A stretch of DNA of 6,409 nt, taken from the NCBI GenBank assembly GCA_046497275.1, contig JAWOFX010000043.1:1-6409 (forward strand), given 5' to 3'. The notes under the pieces were generated by a model that saw nothing but the letters and a program-made list of their open reading frames with translations, did not search any database and was not told the origin of the DNA. Below are positions 1-5,416 of this stretch, in pieces; position 1 is the stretch's first letter, and every line of letters begins with the position of its first letter. A program made the position numbers and the translations under genes. The stretch is from Promethearchaeia archaeon (GTDB taxonomy: Archaea > Asgardarchaeota > Lokiarchaeia > Sigyniarchaeales > SOKP01).

Positions 1-10
1 TAATTTAAAA

Positions 11-28
11 ATATTTTATATAAAATAT
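11..28. promoter_or_regulatory. Perfect 18-bp AT-only palindrome containing TTTATATA on both strands (candidate TATA box / operator)
   Basis: ATATTTTATATAAAATAT is its own reverse complement. It lies in the non-coding region upstream of the first ORF. Confidence 0.3.
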
Positions 29-126
29 AAAATCCAGAATGATTCACAAGATATTTTCTAATTTAATGAGTCAGATATAAAAATCATAATTGTTATTATT
101 AAATAGAAAAATAATTACAGAAAATA

Positions 127-131
127 GTGAT
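127..131 (+). promoter_or_regulatory. Candidate Shine-Dalgarno motif GTGAT
   Basis: GTGAT matches the 3' part of the GGAGGTGAT consensus and sits 6 nt before ATG 138. It is short, so it could be chance. Confidence 0.4.
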
Positions 132-137
132 TTCGAA

Positions 138-722
138 ATGAGTGAAGAAAAAGAGTCATTGAGAAAATTAATAATGTTAATCTCAGAATTACGGGCTAAA
201 GATGAAGAGCGATATGAGGCACATGTGAACTTCATGAATGAAACTATTAAAATGGTCAAAGCTATCGAATCTCAAATGAATAAACACTGGGAAACAGTTA
301 TAGATTCATTAAAAGATTTGAATGAAAATATTAATACCAATTTAGATTCTTTACTGACTGGAATTAACCCTCAAGGATTGAGAGAAACTTCAAAATCCCT
401 AAGAGAAATTATGGATACCATGAATCGGTCATTATCAACGATGAATTTAGAAAAAATAATGAGTGAATTACAAACATTAAGCGGCACGGGAGTCATACCT
501 AAGGCTGCAACAGCCTCTTCAGAACAAGTTCCTGTTGGGCAGCAACCAGAAGAAATATCTCCAGAAATCAGTACTCCAGGCTTAAAAAAACCTAGTACTG
601 CTTCTTCATCTAAAGGAGCCCAAGAAGAAGGATCTGATTGGGTTGATCCTCATGAAAAAGCTAAAAAAGAGAAAGAAGAAGATGAACCACATTTATTAAA
701 ACCTTCAGATTTCTTTAAATAG
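138..722 (+). CDS. Hypothetical protein (~194 aa): N-terminal helical/coiled-coil region, P/S/T/E/K-rich disordered linker, short hydrophobic C-terminal motif (LLKPSDFFK)
   Basis: Open frame 90..722 ending in TAG 720-722. ATG at 138 (MSEEKES...) is preferred over the TTG at 90 because GTGAT (127-131) lies 6 nt upstream. Amphipathic Leu/Ile/Met periodicity over the first ~115 aa, then low-complexity sequence. No family confidently recognised. Confidence 0.8.
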   Translation: MSEEKESLRKLIMLISELRAKDEERYEAHVNFMNETIKMVKAIESQMNKHWETVIDSLKDLNENINTNLDSLLTGINPQGLRETSKSLREIMDTMNRSLSTMNLEKIMSELQTLSGTGVIPKAATASSEQVPVGQQPEEISPEISTPGLKKPSTASSSKGAQEEGSDWVDPHEKAKKEKEEDEPHLLKPSDFFK

Positions 723-731
723 ATTATAAAA

Positions 732-760
732 TTTTTTAAAATTTCTAATTCTTAATTTTC
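732..760 (+). terminator. Possible oligo-T (archaeal-type) terminator after ORF 138..722
   Basis: T6 tract at 732-737, 9 nt after the stop, followed by further T-rich sequence and no GC hairpin. Weak evidence in an AT-rich genome. Confidence 0.25.
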
Positions 761-849
761 TCTCAATTATAGCGTTTATATTTTCCTCCATTATACTATA
801 TAGAATATGTAGGCTAAAAATAAATCTCTACTATCCTATATTTCAAGTG

Positions 850-1713
850 ATGAGTTCAATATTGAAAAATTTGGGGGATTGGCATACACATAATTATCGA
901 TGTAATCACGCTTCTGGAAATTTAGAAGACTATATTTTTAATGCATCCAAAAAAAATTTAGGAATAATAGGACTGAGCGATCATTTTCCAGCTCATTATT
1001 CGAAATTAGATAATACTCTCCGCCTAAAACAGTTTGCCATGAAAAATAAAGAGGTAGAGGACTATATAAGAGAAGCCATAAAACTAAAGCAAAAGTATAG
1101 AAACATGATTAAAGTGAAAATTGGATTTGAAATAGGTTATTTGTATGGGAAAGAAGATAAGTATATCCATCGTTTAAGAGAATTAAATGGGAAAATTGAT
1201 TACATTATTGGAAGTGTCCATACAATTAGGCTTAATAATAAATATTGGGGGATTAAAAATGATGATCTTAAGTATTTGATCAATAAATTCGGAGCAAATT
1301 TTATTTATTCTAAATATTTTAAAATTATAGCCGCTATGCTTTTGTCTGAGAATTTTAATCTCGATATTATAGGTCACTTGGACTACATAAAAAATGGAAA
1401 TGAAAATTCAAGATTAAATGAGTTAATACTAAAAAAAATAGAAGAAATTACACCATATATTAAAGAAAAAGGCGTGGCAGTAGAAATTAATACTCAAGGT
1501 CTGAGAAATGGCTATAAAAAGTTGTATCCATGTAAAAAAGTGTTAAAATTATTATATGATAATGCTATCCCAATTGTGTTAAGTTCTGATGCGCATGATC
1601 CTTTAGATGTAGGATATGGTTTTGAGAAGGTTATAAATTTAATAAAAAAAATAGGATTTAGGTCAATCGCTAATTTAAGGAAAAGAAAGTTGGATTACAC
1701 ATATTTAAACTAA
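850..1713 (+). CDS. hisJ: Histidinol-phosphatase, PHP family (HisJ/HisK type)
   Basis: All PHP-HolPase motifs appear in order: DWHTHNYRCNHASG, GLSDHFP, IGFEI, DYIIGSVH, DIIGHLD, EINTQGLR, LSSDAH. Start is ATG 850 (or GTG 847), stop TAA 1711-1713. The family call is strong; the exact substrate is not provable from sequence. Confidence 0.88.
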   Translation: MSSILKNLGDWHTHNYRCNHASGNLEDYIFNASKKNLGIIGLSDHFPAHYSKLDNTLRLKQFAMKNKEVEDYIREAIKLKQKYRNMIKVKIGFEIGYLYGKEDKYIHRLRELNGKIDYIIGSVHTIRLNNKYWGIKNDDLKYLINKFGANFIYSKYFKIIAAMLLSENFNLDIIGHLDYIKNGNENSRLNELILKKIEEITPYIKEKGVAVEINTQGLRNGYKKLYPCKKVLKLLYDNAIPIVLSSDAHDPLDVGYGFEKVINLIKKIGFRSIANLRKRKLDYTYLN

Positions 1714-1735
1714 AAATAGTAAAACGCTAAATAAA

Positions 1736-2800
1736 TTATATTGTATCCACTATCTTCGTATCTGGAAATTCTAAAATAAAATCTTTTCCGAATGCTTGAG
1801 AAGGTGTTAAAGTTCCTATTATATCTTTCCCACTTGTGTCCAGTTTTTTTACACATTTGATCGCAGAAATTGCAGTAAGGCGATATGGTTCTATCGTCTT
1901 AAGCCATGCTTCATATGAATCTCCATCTTTATTATATACTTTTGCCCATAAATATGAGCGAGATGCTTTGCGTGTTTTCTCATTTGGCCCCTGGACATTT
2001 TTCTCGATCCAAGTACTTATTAATTTTTGTACTTGGTCCAGTTCAAATATTTTTTTTAATAATGGCTCGAGAGATCCAGTAAAATATTTGAAATAATGAG
2101 GAAGTGCCATATAAACTCGTATATTTTCAATATTTGTTGACCTATAAGCAGTGGAAATATCACCCCACGAGATAGGATAACAAAACCTTTTTTTATCCAT
2201 AAATTGAATTTGTTTTGGATTTTTGCCCAATGGTAAAGCGACTAATTTTTCATTTTGTCGGATAATTGTACCATGTGGAATATTTGTTAAAAATGTCTTC
2301 AGAGTTCCCTTGCTAAATCCACTCAGTCCTGCAATCCCTAGTTCCAACTGTGCGGCATTCGGCATTTTCTCACTTACGTATTTCGCTAAACAATCGCTCG
2401 GTACCACATCAAAACCTACACCAGAAATTATTGCTATATTTTTTTTTAAAGCTTTTTCATGGTAAGTGAAATTTTGCTCAAATACACCAATTTCACCTGT
2501 AATATCAAGATAATGTGAACTATTTTCTAAGCATGCTTTAACGAGTGGTAAGCTTGTCTTTTCAAAAGGACCAGCTGCATTAAAAATGAGGTTGAAATTT
2601 TCAATTTTCTTAAATATAGTTTTTAGATCTGATAAGTCAAAAACTTCATAATTCAAATTATTTTGTTTTGCCAAAGGGATAAGCTTATGTGGATTCCTCC
2701 CAGCAATTACAGGATTTAATCCATTTTTGAGAGCTTCTTCAATTATGAGCTTTCCAGTATAACCATAAGCTCCATATAAAAGCCAATCTCTATCTCTCAC
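1736..2800 (-). CDS. Saccharopine dehydrogenase NADP-binding-domain oxidoreductase (COG3268 / SCCPDH / Rv2953 trans-acting enoyl reductase-like)
   Basis: N-terminal Rossmann motif LLYGAYGYTG, then AGRN, NAAGPF, YLDITGE and SGVGFDVVPSD, the diagnostic series for this family. GTG start at 2800 with AGTGA upstream; TAA stop at 1736-1738. Confidence 0.85.
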   Translation of the reverse strand: MRDRDWLLYGAYGYTGKLIIEEALKNGLNPVIAGRNPHKLIPLAKQNNLNYEVFDLSDLKTIFKKIENFNLIFNAAGPFEKTSLPLVKACLENSSHYLDITGEIGVFEQNFTYHEKALKKNIAIISGVGFDVVPSDCLAKYVSEKMPNAAQLELGIAGLSGFSKGTLKTFLTNIPHGTIIRQNEKLVALPLGKNPKQIQFMDKKRFCYPISWGDISTAYRSTNIENIRVYMALPHYFKYFTGSLEPLLKKIFELDQVQKLISTWIEKNVQGPNEKTRKASRSYLWAKVYNKDGDSYEAWLKTIEPYRLTAISAIKCVKKLDTSGKDIIGTLTPSQAFGKDFILEFPDTKIVDTI

Positions 2801-2902
2801 ACTTAGATTTCACTAAAAATTTTGAATTGTTATTAGACTATTTTTAAATCCAAATTAAAAACTTAATTGTAATAATTTATGAATATAACGCTTGAAGATT
2901 TT

Positions 2903-3937
2903 TTACGTGTGATTAGGAATACGTGGATTTATTATTCTTTTGAATAAAGGAGGAATAAGTGCTATTAGCACCATACCTGCGTATCCAGTGGGTAATTGAG
3001 GTGCTTCATCAAAATGTCTGAGATTTTGATATCTTCTACCCGTTTTATAGTGATGATCAGAATGCCTTTGGAGGTTAAACAAAAACCAGTTTGTTAATCT
3101 TTTGCTCGAATTCCATGAATGATGAGGTTTCACTCTTTCATATCTCCCATTAGACTCTTTTTTTCTTAAAAGTCCATAGTGTTCGATGTAATTAATTATC
3201 TCTAACAACGAAATTGCAATAAGACTTTGCAAGGTGAAAAAAAGCAAAGCAAAAAATCCAAACAAAAATGTTATTATAACTAAAATCATAATTTCATAAA
3301 TAACATAATGAAAAACCCTATTTCTCAAGAGAATAAATTTCTTATTCTGGTTTTGAAGTCTATTCATTTCAAATTTCCAGGCTGATTTAAAGCTTCCAAA
3401 TACAGTTTGAGGCCAAAAACTATAAAAAGATTGATTTAATCTTGCAGTTGCTGGATCTTCTGGGGTAGCAACCCATCTGTGGTGACCTGTCACGTGTTCT
3501 AGACCCCAATGGATATATAAAGAGGGTAATAAAGTGAGGCGCGCTAAAAATGGTTCAAGTTTATTATTTACTCGATGCTGCATCTCATGAGCAGTATTAA
3601 TTCCCACTCCACTAGATATTCCAACAGATACCGTAAATCCAATAAATTCTATAATTGACAACCTTCCAACAGAAATAATATAAGATCCCCATATGACTAA
3701 ACTTAATGTTATAGGCATCGTTAACCAAGTAAGGATCCGAAAGGATTTTTTTTGTTCTAATATTTTTTCTTGTTTTTCAGTTGGATTTCGATAATTATAC
3801 CCTAAAACCAAATCAAGTAGAGGAACAACAATAAAAACAAATAAAGGTGTTAAAAAAGTAAAAATACCTCCCAACCAATAACCTATTATTACAGAGAACG
3901 GAACTAAATATATAAGAGAGAATGGAATTGCTCTCAT
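2903..3937 (-). CDS. alkB: Alkane 1-monooxygenase (AlkB; integral-membrane di-iron hydroxylase, fatty-acid desaturase superfamily), 344 aa
   Basis: His boxes HEMQH (H117/H121), EHVTGHH (H148/H152/H153) followed by VATPEDPATAR, NYIEHYGL, HSWNS, LFNLQRHSDHH and PQLPTGY. Several hydrophobic TM segments and the PLLD motif in TM2. ATG 3937, TAA 2903-2905. Confidence 0.95.
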   Translation of the reverse strand: MRAIPFSLIYLVPFSVIIGYWLGGIFTFLTPLFVFIVVPLLDLVLGYNYRNPTEKQEKILEQKKSFRILTWLTMPITLSLVIWGSYIISVGRLSIIEFIGFTVSVGISSGVGINTAHEMQHRVNNKLEPFLARLTLLPSLYIHWGLEHVTGHHRWVATPEDPATARLNQSFYSFWPQTVFGSFKSAWKFEMNRLQNQNKKFILLRNRVFHYVIYEIMILVIITFLFGFFALLFFTLQSLIAISLLEIINYIEHYGLLRKKESNGRYERVKPHHSWNSSKRLTNWFLFNLQRHSDHHYKTGRRYQNLRHFDEAPQLPTGYAGMVLIALIPPLFKRIINPRIPNHT

Positions 3938-3957
3938 AATTAATTCTGAGATGATAT

Positions 3958-3965
3958 TATTTAAA
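3958..3965 (-). promoter_or_regulatory. Candidate TATA box (TTTAAATA) for a possibly leaderless alkB transcript
   Basis: On the - strand TTTAAATA ends 20 nt before the alkB ATG, and no SD motif is visible in between. There is no clear purine-rich BRE and the AT-rich background weakens the call. Confidence 0.3.
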
Positions 3966-4072
3966 TTAACAAGTAGCCAAATTTATTTTAATTTGTTTGG
4001 TATATTTTAAAAATAGTATATTTAAATGAACAGAGAAATCTTATATAAAATTATACCATCTTAAAATAAATT

Positions 4073-5413
4073 TCATCCGAACATCTCCATAAAAGCTCCG
4101 AGTCTAGTTTTCACTTGCTCTACGTTTTCACCGATTTTATTAAAATTGATGACGGTTGTTGGAATTTCAAGTTTATTCCTTATTTTACGTCTTAATAATG
4201 AATAGCAATTGGAGATACTATGGCAACCAAATACTTGATTGAAAATTAAACCATCCACGTTAAGATCCTTGGCAGTTTGAATATAACTGTCTGTTAATGC
4301 TTCTTGATCGCAACCAATTCCTCGCATTGTCGCATTTAATATGAAACGAGCATAATCTTCAACGGGATTTGAATCACGTCCCACAGGAATCTCTTCTAAT
4401 AATTGCAATACCTCCCAGTCAGCATATATTGTTCGGGCTCCTAAATTATAAAGGATTTCATGAGTTTCAGGTTCCCACCCGCCGAATACAGGCGTGATCA
4501 TAACACGGGGCATCTTTGAGACATCCATCCCTATCCCCTTATCTATTCTTTGTCTCATTTCTTTAACTAAATAACTAAAATTTTCTAAATAACGCTGTGC
4601 ATTTGAGTTATAATCTTGAAAACTTAAACCTAACAACGCAAGAATTTCTGCAAAAGTTGCAGGATTGCAAGGATAAAAATCGGAGGCACTACATTCATAT
4701 AAAACAGTCTTATAATATCTTTTTATTTGATTTCCAATTCGAAACTGTTTTTTTAAACTATTATCAGTCACTAAATTTCCAGTAACTTCTTCTAAATCTG
4801 AAATGGCTTTTGAAATATTATCAGTAAGTAATTCTACAGCATTTCCATACTCTCTGGGTGGTACATCAACCCAAATCTGTTTTGGAACATATTGTTTGAG
4901 AGATTCAGAATACTTATTCCATGCTGAACATCGAATGGTAAAATTGATATTTGCATCAACATTTTGACCTTTTGAGATAAACATTCCAGTGAGCCCTGTT
5001 ATCCCATAACAAAAATCACTTGGTATTCCATTCTCAATCCCTAAATCATAAAGTTCATTATATTTCTCGTTGATGGTATGGATAACATCATCAAGCACAG
5101 TATCTAAAATTTTTAATACATCAAACTGACGAACAAAACTTAATAATTTAGTGGTTAAATCCCAACCGATTAAACTTTTCGCTGAATTTAAAGCATTTAA
5201 ATAAGCATTTACCTTAAATTTCTCCATTCGAATGGGAAACACAGGAATAGCCCCAGCAGAAAAAATTAAATCCGAAAATGGAAGCGCAACTGAAATTAAC
5301 TTTTTTCTCTCCTTAAATTTTTTCCTTTTTAGATATTCTCTCCCCGCTAAGAAATTATAGGCCAATCTGAGAACTGATTTGAAGGTTACAATATCATCAG
5401 TAAATAGGCTCAT
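4073..5413 (-). CDS. 2-hydroxyacyl-CoA dehydratase family subunit (HgdA/FldB/HadB/BcrB-like; HGD-D domain), 446 aa
   Basis: AGAIPVFP motif; three spaced Cys typical of the family's [4Fe-4S] ligands (DFC135YG, IRC162SAWNK, FGC397HS); C-terminal family signature EQVKTRLGAFMEM. ATG 5413 with a strong SD, TGA 4073-4075. Confidence 0.85.
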   Translation of the reverse strand: MSLFTDDIVTFKSVLRLAYNFLAGREYLKRKKFKERKKLISVALPFSDLIFSAGAIPVFPIRMEKFKVNAYLNALNSAKSLIGWDLTTKLLSFVRQFDVLKILDTVLDDVIHTINEKYNELYDLGIENGIPSDFCYGITGLTGMFISKGQNVDANINFTIRCSAWNKYSESLKQYVPKQIWVDVPPREYGNAVELLTDNISKAISDLEEVTGNLVTDNSLKKQFRIGNQIKRYYKTVLYECSASDFYPCNPATFAEILALLGLSFQDYNSNAQRYLENFSYLVKEMRQRIDKGIGMDVSKMPRVMITPVFGGWEPETHEILYNLGARTIYADWEVLQLLEEIPVGRDSNPVEDYARFILNATMRGIGCDQEALTDSYIQTAKDLNVDGLIFNQVFGCHSISNCYSLLRRKIRNKLEIPTTVINFNKIGENVEQVKTRLGAFMEMFG

Positions 5414-5416
5414 TTT

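Noticed and set aside
90-137. 16-codon N-terminal extension from the TTG at 90
   Set aside because: The ATG at 138 has an SD-like motif and begins the charged helical region; the extension reads like AT-rich UTR.
71-259. 62-aa ORF on the - strand
   Set aside because: Antisense shadow of the 138..722 gene; Ser/Ile/Phe-rich with no motif.
693-719. C-terminal LLKPSDFF as a PCNA-binding PIP box
   Set aside because: PIP consensus QxxLxxFF needs Gln at position 1 and an aliphatic at position 4; here they are Leu and Pro. Kept only as a generic tail motif.
1183-1377. 64-aa ORF on the - strand
   Set aside because: Lies wholly antisense within the well-supported PHP phosphatase gene.
2439-2447. Homopolymer runs (T9 here; A8 at 949-956 and 1431-1438) as phase-variation or frameshift sites
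   Set aside because: All frames are intact, and runs of this length are expected in Lys/Asn-rich genes at this AT content.
1836-2465. 86-aa (1836..2096) and 80-aa (2223..2465) ORFs on the + strand
   Set aside because: Antisense shadows of the oxidoreductase gene with no recognisable domain or RBS.
1736-2800. Lysine-pathway saccharopine dehydrogenase assignment
   Set aside because: Motifs fit the COG3268/SCCPDH-like branch, and there are no lysine-pathway genes nearby.
4597-4785. 62-aa ORF on the + strand
   Set aside because: Antisense to the conserved dehydratase subunit; no supporting features.
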